Notes: generated by a model not told the origin, from the letters alone. A stretch of DNA of 64,000 bases from a bacterium (GCA_021822495.1 JAKAQO010000001.1:264808-328807); one strand, 5' to 3'. Numbered from the stretch's first letter, positions 1-10,646 are shown. Program-made: numbers and translations.

Positions 1-384
1 GCCTGCGTTAAAAATGACGCGACCGGAGTCGCCAAGATTCTCAACGCCATGCCCAAGGGCGCTGTCAATCATATTTACAATAATCTCGCCGGACATCACG
101 GGGCCGGAGTTATTTGGTGCGCGGTGGGATTTCAAAATACGGTCATGGTCAAAGTGATGCTTGAACACGGAGCGAAACTCGACGGTAAAAGCGCGACCGG
201 CTGGACCTTGGCCATGGAAGCGGCAGCGACGGGAAATGACGTCATCGTCGGCATGCTCCACGCTCACGGGGCTAATTTCTGCGCGAAAAACAAAGACGGC
301 CAAACCGCGGCGGACATGGCCAAATCCTACGGATTCCCCAAAATCGCCCAAGAAATCAATTCCTGGACAATATCCTGCCGGTAA
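1..384 (+). CDS. Ankyrin-repeat protein, 5'-partial
   Basis: Frame is open from base 1; ankyrin-like motifs GWTLAMEAAATGNDVIVGMLHAHGA and NKDGQTAADMA. Confidence 0.75.
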   Translation, partial: ACVKNDATGVAKILNAMPKGAVNHIYNNLAGHHGAGVIWCAVGFQNTVMVKVMLEHGAKLDGKSATGWTLAMEAAATGNDVIVGMLHAHGANFCAKNKDGQTAADMAKSYGFPKIAQEINSWTISCR

Positions 385-389
385 AAGGT

Positions 390-413
390 AAAAGGGGACT
401 GTCCCCTTTTTTT
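390..413. repeat. AAAAGGGGACTGTCCCCTTTT palindrome; may also act as terminator of the ankyrin gene
   Basis: Perfect inverted repeat followed by a T-run; same core recurs near 9600, 9645, 19265 and 55732-55780. Confidence 0.75.
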
Positions 414-424
414 CTTTGTCTTTC

Positions 425-497
425 TAGGCCTTTTTTCGCGTCCCATCTAGGTCTTTAGGCCCAGGTCTTGATTCCGGTTTCCTGTTAGTATATATCA
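425..497 (+). promoter_or_regulatory. Double GGCC box plus extended -10, leaderless-type promoter
   Basis: TAGGCCTTTT at 425, TAGGTCTTTAGGCCC at 448, TG-T-TAGTAT with hexamer at 486, ATG at 498, no SD. Confidence 0.65.
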
Positions 498-3167
498 ATG
501 ATAAAAAATTATCGCCGACGTCAAAAAGCGGGATTCTTTATCGGGGCTTGCTTCCTGTTGACTCCCTGGGCCCACGCGCAAATCCTTTCTTTAAAGGATA
601 CACAGGCGATTAAAGCCTGTCAAATAACCCTAAAAACCTTTAAGACGCTTTCTTTCTCCCGGCAAAAAGAGATTTTATCCGGAAATTGCGATCACCCAAC
701 GACGTTTTTGATGAGAAAAACCGCCAACAACAATCCCCCGCAAGAAAATGGTCTTGAGAAATCTTCCAACCATATTCACGACCTTCTGCAAAGAGCGAAG
801 ACAAGTTTTGGCGCTCATTCATCGGATGAAAACATCGCCGTTTCCGGCCTTTCGGGAAAAACAGAAAGACTCATTTCTCCGGTTGCGGTTCAAACCCATT
901 TTTCACAACTTTCCTCGGCCTCAACCCCTCTCAATCCAAACTCGCCCTCTTCACCCAACGCTCAACCTCCAGCGCAAAAGCCCGGTAAACCCGCAAAACC
1001 AGCCACAAAGCCTGCGGCTAAAAAACCCCGGTTTATTCCGATTCCCGGAAGCGATTGGGAAAAAGCGGCTAATGGGGACGTCAGCCCTGAAGACGATCCC
1101 GGCTACGAAAGCGAAATTACTTTTAATGATCAGCTGATGAACCAAGATAATCAAGTCGGAGATACCAGCAAAGCCTGCCGCAAGCTCGATCTGCATGGAG
1201 CCGGAGCCTATTGGATAGGAGATTTGGGAATATCAGGCTCCATCCATCGCGCGATACTCGCTCTCCCTTACGCCAATGGACGCCTCGCGGTCTTGGATTC
1301 TTATACGCCGGCGCCTGAATATCATTACGGCTTTGTTCCCACCAGTATCAGCGGAGCGCCGCTCACCTTGACCTTGGGCATGAATACCAGTCTCAACACG
1401 ACCGTCATTCGCCCGCTTCCGCTGAACCAGGCCAGCGCCTGCAACAGTCTCCTGCGCATCTTTAATCCGCTTGACGCTAAAACCGTTTTTCCTCTCAACG
1501 CTAAACGCATCGAGAAAATGGAAATCGGCGAAATCTGGAAGTTGCCGGTTCAAATTCAAATCGCGGCCGGCCCGGGCCTTACCCCGATTTTCGGCCCCGC
1601 CATCATCGGGCTTAACCTCCTCTACTCCCAAACGGGCGGCTATGGCCTCACCTTAAGACGCCTAGATAAAACCCATCTGCGGGTCCGGCTTAGATTTAAC
1701 CACGCCAAACTTTTGAGCGCTTCGGGACAAACCCTTTTCAGCATGGCCGGCCCCATGTTGTCGGTGATATTTTCGCAAGAAGTGCCCGTCGTGGGAGATT
1801 CTTTGGGCGGCAGAAACGTCGGGCAAGGGCTCAGCCAACTCTGGATTACGCAGCTCATCAATTACACGACCACCAAACTTGGAGTGTCCATCTCCTGGAG
1901 CGGAGAAAACCAGGCCTTGATTGAATTTATCCTCAACCCCGAAGATCACAAGCAAATGCTGGAGCTTCAAAAACTCGCGACCGGCGGCAGATTCGGAACT
2001 CTTTCAACGCTTATGAAAATGTATACGGACTCGGCGAAAAACTCATTTAAGCTGACGGAAAAATCCGTGATTAAAAACGCCCGTCAAAACAGCTTGCGCC
2101 TGAAAAGCCCGGTCAATTTCCTCGGAACCCAGGAATCGGTGGGCATCAGCCGCTCGGTTAATTTCACGATTCCGATTATCTTTAATTTTTCAGCCCAATC
2201 CTCTCATGATCATCAGCAAATGAAAATACTCGATCCCTCCGGAGGAGCTTTCAAGGTTAGCGGAACCTTCAAAGCCTTTGACGCCTCTCATGGAAATCAA
2301 CATGGAGAATTACAACTCCCTTATTTCGGCTCTCTCTTTGAACAAGACTCCCAGGAAGGAGTTTCGACTTTCCTCTATTACGACAAGAAAGGACGCGTGT
2401 CCTCGCCGGTCATTCTCTACACCCAAAACGCGGGACTGACCAGAAACAGCAAAGCCCCTTTGCGCTTAACCGAACTTGCCCGTTCTTTTTTCCCAAGCTA
2501 TGGGGATAAGAAATTGGCTCTTCCCTTGGGCGGCCTCATTCCCAAAGGAGAGAAGGACGCCTACAAAGGCGGTTCCTCGGCCATGACCGTCGTTTTGGAT
2601 CATAATGCGATCTCTGACATTAAGCGCGCATCCAAAGACCTCATCTTCAAATCCTATTTAAACGCCCAAAAAAATCGACGGGAGCTTTTATTAATCGCCT
2701 CCAGAGCCGTAAAGAGGCATACCACTCCCGAAGCCCTCATTGACAGAGAAATTCGCGGTCTCTATCCTCCCGGAAAGCCAAGCCCTGAGAAAACCCGCCT
2801 TATTTCGCATCTTCATGCCGAAAAAGATCAATTCGAGCAAATGAGAGATTTAGTCGCGGAATTGCCTTATTTGGGAAATCCTCACAAAAAACCGCATATC
2901 ACTCCTGATGAAGAAACGCAAAATATCCGCAATTTCATAACGGGAAAAAGCAAAAATGGTTTGGCTTATGGAAATTTGATGAAAGTCATCGTGCGCCTCA
3001 TTAAACCCAAGCACTTAGCCGTGGAATTTGTCTTAAGCGCCAAAAGAAAAGGCGGCAAAAGAGACCAGACGCGCCTCTATTTGAACCATAAACTCGTGGA
3101 AAACCCTCTCATCAAGAGATGGAGTTTGGCCGCCTCCCGGTATCTTGTCCTTCAAACCACCGATTAA
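498..3167 (+). CDS. Large hypothetical secreted protein (889 aa)
   Basis: Signal-peptide-like N-terminus ending WAHA, Pro/Ser/Lys-rich linker, no family recognised. Confidence 0.75.
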   Translation: MIKNYRRRQKAGFFIGACFLLTPWAHAQILSLKDTQAIKACQITLKTFKTLSFSRQKEILSGNCDHPTTFLMRKTANNNPPQENGLEKSSNHIHDLLQRAKTSFGAHSSDENIAVSGLSGKTERLISPVAVQTHFSQLSSASTPLNPNSPSSPNAQPPAQKPGKPAKPATKPAAKKPRFIPIPGSDWEKAANGDVSPEDDPGYESEITFNDQLMNQDNQVGDTSKACRKLDLHGAGAYWIGDLGISGSIHRAILALPYANGRLAVLDSYTPAPEYHYGFVPTSISGAPLTLTLGMNTSLNTTVIRPLPLNQASACNSLLRIFNPLDAKTVFPLNAKRIEKMEIGEIWKLPVQIQIAAGPGLTPIFGPAIIGLNLLYSQTGGYGLTLRRLDKTHLRVRLRFNHAKLLSASGQTLFSMAGPMLSVIFSQEVPVVGDSLGGRNVGQGLSQLWITQLINYTTTKLGVSISWSGENQALIEFILNPEDHKQMLELQKLATGGRFGTLSTLMKMYTDSAKNSFKLTEKSVIKNARQNSLRLKSPVNFLGTQESVGISRSVNFTIPIIFNFSAQSSHDHQQMKILDPSGGAFKVSGTFKAFDASHGNQHGELQLPYFGSLFEQDSQEGVSTFLYYDKKGRVSSPVILYTQNAGLTRNSKAPLRLTELARSFFPSYGDKKLALPLGGLIPKGEKDAYKGGSSAMTVVLDHNAISDIKRASKDLIFKSYLNAQKNRRELLLIASRAVKRHTTPEALIDREIRGLYPPGKPSPEKTRLISHLHAEKDQFEQMRDLVAELPYLGNPHKKPHITPDEETQNIRNFITGKSKNGLAYGNLMKVIVRLIKPKHLAVEFVLSAKRKGGKRDQTRLYLNHKLVENPLIKRWSLAASRYLVLQTTD

Positions 3168-3257
3168 AAATCGGACAAGCCAACGGCTGAGATGTTATAA
3201 TGGAATTGGGGCGCAATGATTCCCAACCCGGAACCTTGGCCCTAAAGGAGATTTCTC

Positions 3258-4412
3258 ATGATTCCCATTTTTGGCGTCGCCGCGGAATATAAAAAAATTC
3301 GCAAAGACTTAAGAAAAGCCGCTCTTGAGGTTCTCGATTCCGGACATTATATTCTCGGTCCACACACAAGCGCGTTTGAACAGGAGTTCGCTTCCCTTAT
3401 GGAAGCCAAGCACGCCATCAGCCTTTCTTCCGGAACTGACGCCCTGGAAGTCGCCTTAAGAGCTTTGGGAGTCGGCCCGGGAGATGAGGTGATTGTTCCG
3501 ACATTTACCTTTGTCGCGACCGCCGCCGCCGTTTCTATCGTTGGCGCAACGCCGGTTTTTTGCGATGTAGACGCAAAAACTTTAAATATCGGCGCGAAAG
3601 AAATAGAAGCCGTTCTCACCCACAAGACTAAAGCCATTATCCCGGTTCATCTTTACGGCTCTCCGGCCAACATGACGGAAATTATGGAGTTAGCCCATCG
3701 CCGCAACCTCTTTGTTGTCGAAGACTGCGCCCAGGCCCATTTGGCCCGCTGGCAGGGAAAACCCGTCGGATCTTTCGGCCACATCGCGGCTTTCAGCTTT
3801 TATCCCTCTAAAAATCTAGGGGCTTTGGGCGACGCCGGAGCGGTGACCACCAACGACTCCGCCCTAGCCAATATTTGTCTGGAAACAAGAAACGCCGGGC
3901 GCGGCCTCACGGGGCCCACCTACGAATACGCGCGAGTGGCCGGCAACAGCCGCATGGCGGAAATTCAGGCGGCTTTTTTGCGCGTCAAACTCAAAGGGCT
4001 TAAGGAAAGAACGGATCAAAGAATCGAAGTCGCTAAATTTTACGAGAAAAAATTCTCAAAGCTTCCGTTAATCTTGCCGCCCGTCGGGGACGGCATAACG
4101 CAACCCGTGTTTCACCTCTACGTTATCCGAACTGAAAAAAGAGACGAACTCGCGAGTCATCTTAAAGAAGCGGGGGTGTCCTGCGGGGTTTATTATCCCC
4201 TCCCGCTTCATAGACAAAAATGCTATCAACACCTTAATCTCAACCCGGCAGCGTTCCCAAACGCCGAGAAAGCCTCTCAAACAGTCTTAGCCCTTCCCAT
4301 GCACCCATTTCTTTCTAAAAAGGAAATGGCACAAGTGGCACAAGCCGTGACTTCTTTTTTCAAAGGCTCGCGCTCAAAGCTCAATCAAGAAAGTCTATCC
4401 GTCGCCTCATAA
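3258..4412 (+). CDS. DegT/DnrJ/EryC1/StrS family aminotransferase
   Basis: SSGTDAL, PVHLYG, EDCAQAH, SFYPSKNLGALGDAG (PLP lysine); SD AAGGAG. Confidence 0.95.
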   Translation: MIPIFGVAAEYKKIRKDLRKAALEVLDSGHYILGPHTSAFEQEFASLMEAKHAISLSSGTDALEVALRALGVGPGDEVIVPTFTFVATAAAVSIVGATPVFCDVDAKTLNIGAKEIEAVLTHKTKAIIPVHLYGSPANMTEIMELAHRRNLFVVEDCAQAHLARWQGKPVGSFGHIAAFSFYPSKNLGALGDAGAVTTNDSALANICLETRNAGRGLTGPTYEYARVAGNSRMAEIQAAFLRVKLKGLKERTDQRIEVAKFYEKKFSKLPLILPPVGDGITQPVFHLYVIRTEKRDELASHLKEAGVSCGVYYPLPLHRQKCYQHLNLNPAAFPNAEKASQTVLALPMHPFLSKKEMAQVAQAVTSFFKGSRSKLNQESLSVAS

Positions 4413-4418
4413 CCAATA

Positions 4419-5516
4419 ATGCCCCGACGCCTTCTCTTGGTCTCAACTTCGACAACCCGGGGAGGCGCGGAAAAAATAATCTACACCCTGGCGACTTATC
4501 TCAACCGCGAAAAATTTGAAATCGCGGGACTTGTGAGCGTCAAATCTCTGGGAGCTTATGGACCTCTGCTTCAAAAAGAAAATATTCCTGTTCACAGCCT
4601 TGAAATGGAGCCCCTGAGGTTTTTTTCAGCCGCGGCTCATCTAAAAAAAATTATTAATGAAAAACGCCCTGACATCGTTTTGGCCTTTATGTATCAAGCT
4701 CTTGAGCTTTGTCGAATCGTAAAACTCATCTCCCCCGCGCCCTTCAAACTCATTTCTTCTCACCGCGTCAACCCGCGCACCCGTTCCTTTGCGACTTTGC
4801 TGATAGACCAAATGCTTAAGACTCAAGATGATCTCACCATCGCAGAATGCAGGGCTTCCGCCTCTTTTTTGATCGAGCATCAAGGATATCCGGCAAACAA
4901 GGTTCAAGTCATTCATAACGGAATCGCAATTCCCACATTTCAAGCAGAGAAATCCGCTTTGAGAAAAGAACTCGGCATCTCTGAGGGCTCCTTTTTAATT
5001 GGAACGGCCGGGCGCCTTCATAAGCAAAAAAATCACGCCGCTCTCGTTGACGCCGTCGCAATTCTCAAAGATAGAAAAAACCTCTCCTGCGTGATCCTCG
5101 GCGAAGGTCCGGAACGCTCGGCGCTGGAACGTCAAATTGAAAAACTCGATCTCAAAGACCGCGTCTTTTTATTGGGCGAAAAAGAAAACGCCGCCTCCTT
5201 TTTGCCAGCCCTAGACGCCTTTATTCTTTCTTCAGACTGGGAAGGATTTCCCTCCGTCATTTTAGAAGCGATGGCGTCAAAAACACCGGTCATTGCGACC
5301 AATGTAGACGGAATCTCTGAAATTATCGAGAATGAAATCAACGGCTTTCTCGTTGTTCCTAATGATGCCGAGGCTTTAGCCCGTAAAATCGCCGAACTCG
5401 CCGACGCTCCGGATGATTTAAGACATCGTCTCATCCAAAACGCTTATCAAACCACGCTCGAACAATTTCCTTTATCAAAAATGATAGCGGCCTATGAGAA
5501 AATTCTTTTAGAGTAG
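4419..5516 (+). CDS. Glycosyltransferase family 4
   Basis: GGAEK, GRLHKQK, EGFPSVILEAMA. Confidence 0.92.
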   Translation: MPRRLLLVSTSTTRGGAEKIIYTLATYLNREKFEIAGLVSVKSLGAYGPLLQKENIPVHSLEMEPLRFFSAAAHLKKIINEKRPDIVLAFMYQALELCRIVKLISPAPFKLISSHRVNPRTRSFATLLIDQMLKTQDDLTIAECRASASFLIEHQGYPANKVQVIHNGIAIPTFQAEKSALRKELGISEGSFLIGTAGRLHKQKNHAALVDAVAILKDRKNLSCVILGEGPERSALERQIEKLDLKDRVFLLGEKENAASFLPALDAFILSSDWEGFPSVILEAMASKTPVIATNVDGISEIIENEINGFLVVPNDAEALARKIAELADAPDDLRHRLIQNAYQTTLEQFPLSKMIAAYEKILLE

Positions 5517-5541
5517 GGCCGCTTTAGTTATAATAATCTTA

Positions 5542-7146
5542 ATGACCTCACAAACCGACTCTCCGCTGGAAGAGGGCCAAAAGCCCCGTCAAACGCCGCC
5601 TGCGGTCTTAAAGCTCAAGACCCTCATTCAAAAAGCGGAAGCGGGCGGAGGCCCCGAGCGCGTCCAGGCGCAAAAAGCCCGCGGAAAGTTCACAGCCAGA
5701 GAACGCATTCATTATTTGCTCGATGAGGGGAGTTTTCAGGAAACCGATCTTTTGGTCCGCACCCGGGCCGCTGATTTTGGCCTCAAGGACAAGGACATTC
5801 CCGCCGACGGCGTGATTACCGGATTTGGAACCATCGGCGGAAGAGAAGTGGCGGTTTATTCGCAGGATTTCACTGTTTTAGGGGGCTCTTTGGGGCTCGC
5901 CCATGCCGCCAAAATCGTCAAAATAATGGACATGGCAATGTCCAGCCGCGTGCCCGTTATCGGGATACTCGACTCCGGCGGCGCCCGCATTCAGGAAGGG
6001 GTTGATTCCCTGGACGGCTATGCCCAAATCTTTTACCGAAATACGATGGCCTCAGGCGTTATCCCTCAAATCTCGGTCATTCTCGGCCCTTGCGCCGGGG
6101 GCGCGGTCTATTCCCCGGCTTTGACTGATTTTGTTTTCATGGTTGAGGGAATCAGCCACATGTTTGTCACCGGGCCTGATGTCGTCAAAGCGGCGACGGG
6201 AGAAGAAATCTCTTTTGAGGCCTTGGGCGGAAGCTCCGTACACGCCGCCAAATCCGGGGTCTGCCATTTTGTCGCGAAATCAGAACCCGATTGCTTTAGG
6301 CAAGCTCGCGAGCTCTTGTCGTATCTTCCCCAAAACCGCTGGGAACGCCCGCCCCGCATTGCCAATCCTGACCCGGTTCGCAGAAAAACGCCGCTTTTGG
6401 AAACTCTCTGCAATCTTGACCCTAAAAAGCCCTACCGCGTTCATCACATTCTTTGGCAAATCGCTGATGAACATAAGTTTTTTGAGGTTCAAGAGTCCTA
6501 TGCCCGAAACGTCATCACCGGCTTTATTCGCCTAGGGGGAGACGTGGTCGGGGTCATTGCCAACAACCCCGGGCATTTCGCCGGGGCCTTGGACATCAAC
6601 GCCTCGGATAAATCCGCGCGCTTCATCCGTTTTCTCAATTCCTTTAATATTCCCATTCTCACTCTGGTCGACGTCCCCGGGTACTGGCCCGGCCTCGATC
6701 AAGAGCACGGCGGAATCATCCGGCACGGAGCGAAAATTCTCCACGCCTATAGCGAAGCGACCGTTCCAAAAATTTCGGTCATTCTTAGAAAAGCCTACGG
6801 CGGGGCCTATATCGCGATGAGTTCCAAATATCTCAAGAGCGATTTTAATTTCGCTTTCCCGTGCGCCGAGATCGCGGTCATGGGACCGCAGGGGGCGATT
6901 GAAATTCTCTTTTCGAAAGAACTCTCCGCCGCAAAAACCGAAGAAGAAAAAAAATCCCTGCGCGAAAAACTAATCAAGGATTATTCCGAAAAATTCGCCT
7001 CGCCCTACCCCGCCGCGGCGTCGGGCTCCATTGATGAAGTCATCGAACCCGCGGATTTGCGTCTTAAAATCATCCGCGCTTTAAGACTTCTCAAAAACAA
7101 ACGTCTACCAGGACAACACTTGATTTCACGAAACATCCCGCTTTAA
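5542..7146 (+). CDS. pccB: Acyl-CoA carboxylase carboxyltransferase subunit (PccB/MmdA-like)
   Basis: QDFTVLGGSLG, DSGGARIQEG, GPCAGGAVYSPALTD, RKAYGGAY. Confidence 0.88.
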   Translation: MTSQTDSPLEEGQKPRQTPPAVLKLKTLIQKAEAGGGPERVQAQKARGKFTARERIHYLLDEGSFQETDLLVRTRAADFGLKDKDIPADGVITGFGTIGGREVAVYSQDFTVLGGSLGLAHAAKIVKIMDMAMSSRVPVIGILDSGGARIQEGVDSLDGYAQIFYRNTMASGVIPQISVILGPCAGGAVYSPALTDFVFMVEGISHMFVTGPDVVKAATGEEISFEALGGSSVHAAKSGVCHFVAKSEPDCFRQARELLSYLPQNRWERPPRIANPDPVRRKTPLLETLCNLDPKKPYRVHHILWQIADEHKFFEVQESYARNVITGFIRLGGDVVGVIANNPGHFAGALDINASDKSARFIRFLNSFNIPILTLVDVPGYWPGLDQEHGGIIRHGAKILHAYSEATVPKISVILRKAYGGAYIAMSSKYLKSDFNFAFPCAEIAVMGPQGAIEILFSKELSAAKTEEEKKSLREKLIKDYSEKFASPYPAAASGSIDEVIEPADLRLKIIRALRLLKNKRLPGQHLISRNIPL

Positions 7147-7832
7147 TGGAACGCGCCCAAATACTCGTCGTCGAGGATACGCCGTCAACCGCAAGCCTCA
7201 TCTCCCATATCCTCAAGGAAAAAAACTTGGGCGTCAAACTGGTTTCTTCATTGAAAAGCGCGCGCAGCGAACTTTCAAGCGTCACCTTTGATCTCCTCAT
7301 TCTTGACCGCGGCTTGCCGGACGGAGACGGGCTTGATTTCGTCAAGGAACTCCGAACTTCAAAAAAAATGGAGACCATCCCTATTTTAATTCTGACGGCG
7401 CAAAATGAGCTTAACGAACGCGTTTTGGGTCTTAACGAAGGCGCCGACGATTATCTCGGGAAACCTTTCAATACCCAGGAACTGGGCGCACGCATTGACG
7501 CTCTTCTGAGGCGATGCGGATACAAGCCGGAATTGACGGAAGTCTCCCTGGAAGATATAAAGCTCAATCTTTCGGCGCGAAAGGCCACTCGCGCCGGAAA
7601 AGCCGTGCCTTTAAGCGAAAGAGAATTCGATCTTCTTTGGTTTCTCGCCGAGAGGAAAAATATCGCGCTCAGCCGAGAATTGATTCTCCAGCGCGTCTGG
7701 GGTTATTCCCCGGGGCTTGATATCAGCACCAAGGTCGTGGATGTGACGATTTCCCACTTAAAAGAAAAACTGGGAAAAGCGGCTGATAAAGTCATTCCCA
7801 TTCGAGGAATTGGATATCGTCTTGAGGATTAA
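7146..7832 (+). CDS. OmpR-family response regulator
   Basis: REC domain (ILDRGLPDGDG, GADDYLGKPF) plus winged helix (IRGIGY). Confidence 0.92.
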   Translation: MERAQILVVEDTPSTASLISHILKEKNLGVKLVSSLKSARSELSSVTFDLLILDRGLPDGDGLDFVKELRTSKKMETIPILILTAQNELNERVLGLNEGADDYLGKPFNTQELGARIDALLRRCGYKPELTEVSLEDIKLNLSARKATRAGKAVPLSEREFDLLWFLAERKNIALSRELILQRVWGYSPGLDISTKVVDVTISHLKEKLGKAADKVIPIRGIGYRLED

Positions 7833-7834
7833 AG

Positions 7835-8317
7835 TTATTCTCGCGGTATTTTGACTTTAAATTTTAAAGTCTGCCCCACCGCCAAATGATCTCTCTTGGC
7901 CGCCCCGGCGGGTAATTCCAGAACGTATTGGCCTTGACCGCCAACCCTGGCGACATCGGCATCAGTCGTCTTAGGTGTTGAGGCCGCGACGTTCGGATAC
8001 AAAGCGGTGATTTTCTTATCCCAACCGATATAGACCATATCCAAATTGACCCAGGTATTTTTCATCCAAAACTCGAAATACCCCTCTTTAGGGAAAACGA
8101 AAAGCATCCCGTAATCTTTAGGAAGCTTTTTCCTAAACATCAGCCCCTCTTCCCGTTCTTTCGGCGTATCGGCGATATCGGCCTTAATCTTGGCGCCCGA
8201 AGAGGACGCGATGACGACATGGTGAGAGGCATGAAATGTTTTCCCGGTCTTGGCCCAAACAGAGGCTTTTGCGCAACAGACTAAGCCCAAAATTATAAAA
8301 GTCTTTTTCAATCTCAA
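7835..8317 (-). CDS. DUF192 family exported protein
   Basis: IADTPKEREEGLMFR, GMLFVF, FWMKNT, VLELPAG; start moved to TTG at 8317 (or 8311) behind a GAGG SD. Confidence 0.85.
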   Translation of the reverse strand: MRLKKTFIILGLVCCAKASVWAKTGKTFHASHHVVIASSSGAKIKADIADTPKEREEGLMFRKKLPKDYGMLFVFPKEGYFEFWMKNTWVNLDMVYIGWDKKITALYPNVAASTPKTTDADVARVGGQGQYVLELPAGAAKRDHLAVGQTLKFKVKIPRE

Positions 8318-8387
8318 ACTCGTTTTCCTCTTGAGATATATCTTATTAAACAAATTGGTATACTGACAAAAGACAAAGGGAGGGTTT

Positions 8388-8621
8388 ATGGTTACGGGAC
8401 TTGTTTTGGTCAGATTGATGGCGGGAAAAGAAAAATCGGCGCTCAGCCAAATCAAGGCGATCAAGGGCGTCGCGCATGTCACGGCCGTTTTCGGGAGATG
8501 GGATTTAGTCTTAGACGTTGAAACGGAAGATATCGTCACTTTATCAAATGTCGTCGTCCGCGGAATTCGCTCCACCCCCGGGGTTCTCTCAACGGAAAGT
8601 TTGGTCACAACCGCCATTTAG
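8388..8621 (+). CDS. Stand-alone Lrp/AsnC ligand-binding domain protein
   Basis: VFGRWDLVLDVE...IRSTPGVLSTES; SD GGAGG; TATACT promoter upstream. Confidence 0.85.
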   Translation: MVTGLVLVRLMAGKEKSALSQIKAIKGVAHVTAVFGRWDLVLDVETEDIVTLSNVVVRGIRSTPGVLSTESLVTTAI

Positions 8622-8631
8622 CCGAGGCTGG

Positions 8632-9636
8632 ATGCCCCCCATTCTTTCCATCTCCAATCTCAAGGTCCGCTTTTCAACCGATTCCGGCACGATTGGGGCC
8701 GTTGAAAACCTAAACTATTCTCTCAACGCGAATCAAACCCTGGCCATCGTCGGGGAATCCGGATCCGGGAAAAGCGTCCATGCGCTTTCCATTCTCCGGC
8801 TTCTGCCGCCCCCGCCCCAATGCCTAGTTGAGGGAGAAATTTTATTTCACGACAAAAATCTTTTAAATCTCCCGCTCAAGGAAATGCGCAAAATCCGGGG
8901 AGACCGCATCGCGATGATTTTCCAAGAACCGATGACTTCCTTAAACCCGGTTTTAACCATCGGAGAACAGATCGCCGAGCCCTTGATGATTCACAAGGGA
9001 AAAACGCGCTCAGACGCCCTCAATGAGGCGGCGCGGCTTTTAGACCGCGTGGGAATTCCCGACGCAAAAAGCCGTCTCAAGAATTATCCTCATCAATTTT
9101 CCGGCGGAATGCGCCAGCGCGCGATGATCGCGATGGCTTTAAGCTGCAACCCCGAAATTTTAATCGCTGATGAGCCAACCACCGCCTTGGATGTCACCAT
9201 TCAAGCTCAAATTCTCGAACTCATCAAGGAACTCCAAAAGGAGTTTCACATGGCGGTGATTCTAATCACCCACAACATCGGCATCGTCGCCGACATGGCG
9301 GATCAAATGATTGTGATGTATGCGGGGCGGGCTGTTGAAACGGCTCCCATGAATTCTCTTTTTAACCATCCTTCCCATCCCTACACCCAGGGACTTTTAA
9401 GCGCGATTCCGTCTCTTGATTCCAAAAAAAATCGCCTTGAGTCTATTCCTGGTCGCCCCCCGGATTTAAAAAATAAGCCCCAGGGATGTCCTTTTTCTCC
9501 GCGCTGCCCTAAGGTTCAAGCCCAATGCAGGGAAAACGACCCGCCCTTTTTTGACCTTGGAGATGCTCACAAAGCCAACTGCTGGCTCATGGAAGAGTTA
9601 GGGACAGTCCCCAATTCTCAAGGAGAAAAAGTATGA
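8632..9636 (+). CDS. oppD: Oligopeptide/dipeptide ABC transporter ATP-binding subunit
   Basis: [31 protein letters not shown]-terminal GCPFSPRC; start at ATG 8632. Confidence 0.92.
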   Translation: MPPILSISNLKVRFSTDSGTIGAVENLNYSLNANQTLAIVGESGSGKSVHALSILRLLPPPPQCLVEGEILFHDKNLLNLPLKEMRKIRGDRIAMIFQEPMTSLNPVLTIGEQIAEPLMIHKGKTRSDALNEAARLLDRVGIPDAKSRLKNYPHQFSGGMRQRAMIAMALSCNPEILIADEPTTALDVTIQAQILELIKELQKEFHMAVILITHNIGIVADMADQMIVMYAGRAVETAPMNSLFNHPSHPYTQGLLSAIPSLDSKKNRLESIPGRPPDLKNKPQGCPFSPRCPKVQAQCRENDPPFFDLGDAHKANCWLMEELGTVPNSQGEKV

Positions 9637-9663
9637 CAGAAGTTAGAGACAGTCCCCAATTTC
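9592..9663 (+). repeat. Two degenerate GGGACAGTCCCC elements spanning the oppD end and oppF start
   Basis: GAGTTAGGGACAGTCCCCAATTCTC and GAAGTTAGAGACAGTCCCCAATTTC, encoding ELGTVPNS and EVRDSPQF. Confidence 0.7.
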
Positions 9664-10646
9664 CTCCTATTCTTGAAGTCAAAAATATCCGGAAATTTTT
9701 CTCATCCAAAGCGGGAATCTTTGGAAGCCCTAAAACCGTCCGCGCTCTCGACGGGATTTCTCTCTCGGTTCAAAGAGGAAAGACGCTGGGAATCGTGGGA
9801 GAATCCGGATGCGGGAAAACGACCCTGGGCAGAATTCTCGCGGCGCTTGAAACTCCAACGGAGGGGCAAATTTTCTACGAAGGCCGCGAAATCCAGAGCC
9901 TTAAGGGCCGGGAACTAAAAAAATTCAGGAAAGAAGTTCAAATCATCTTCCAAGACCCCTACGCAAGCCTCGATCCGAGAATGACGATTTTCGAAATTTT
10001 AAGCGAACCCTTTATTATTCACGGAGAATGGGACTCCGCCGAAACTCCTAAACGTTTATTGAAGCTCGCTTCAACCTGTGGAATCTCCCAGAGCCATTTT
10101 TCCCGCTACCCGCACGAATTTTCGGGCGGACAAAGACAAAGAGTGGGAATCGCCCGAGCCTTGGCCTTAAACCCGAAACTTGTCATCTGCGATGAACCGG
10201 TGAGCGCACTGGATGTTTCCATTCAGGCTCAAATTCTCAATCTGCTCAAGGACCTCCAGGAAGAAATGGGACTCACCTATGTTTTCATCTCGCATGATTT
10301 TTCGGTCGTCCGGCATCTCTGCGATGAAATCGCGGTCATGTATTTAGGCCGCGTTGTCGAGTCCGCCAAGGCCGACGAAATTTTTTCAAACTCCCAGCAT
10401 CCATACACCGAAGCCCTTTTGTCGGCCATCCCTCTGACCGACCCCGAAAAACAAAAATCGCGAAAGCGCATCATCCTCTCAGGAGATATTCCAAGCCCGC
10501 TCAACCCTCCCGCCGGATGTCCGTTTCATCCCCGTTGCCGTTATACCGAAAACTCGTGTCGCGAAAATGTGCCCGCTCTTTCAGAAATCTCTTCTAACCA
10601 TTTGATTTCTTGCCCCGTTCGCCCGCTCGCAAAAGTTCCTTCATAA
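9633..10646 (+). CDS. oppF: Oligopeptide/dipeptide ABC transporter ATP-binding subunit
   Basis: GESGCGKT, FQDPYASLDPR, SGGQRQR, CDEPVSALDVSIQAQ. Confidence 0.92.
   Translation: MTEVRDSPQFPPILEVKNIRKFFSSKAGIFGSPKTVRALDGISLSVQRGKTLGIVGESGCGKTTLGRILAALETPTEGQIFYEGREIQSLKGRELKKFRKEVQIIFQDPYASLDPRMTIFEILSEPFIIHGEWDSAETPKRLLKLASTCGISQSHFSRYPHEFSGGQRQRVGIARALALNPKLVICDEPVSALDVSIQAQILNLLKDLQEEMGLTYVFISHDFSVVRHLCDEIAVMYLGRVVESAKADEIFSNSQHPYTEALLSAIPLTDPEKQKSRKRIILSGDIPSPLNPPAGCPFHPRCRYTENSCRENVPALSEISSNHLISCPVRPLAKVPS

Noticed and set aside
8318-8617. N-terminal extension of the DUF192 ORF
   Set aside because: Antisense to the real Lrp/AsnC-domain gene and its promoter; the signal peptide begins near 8317
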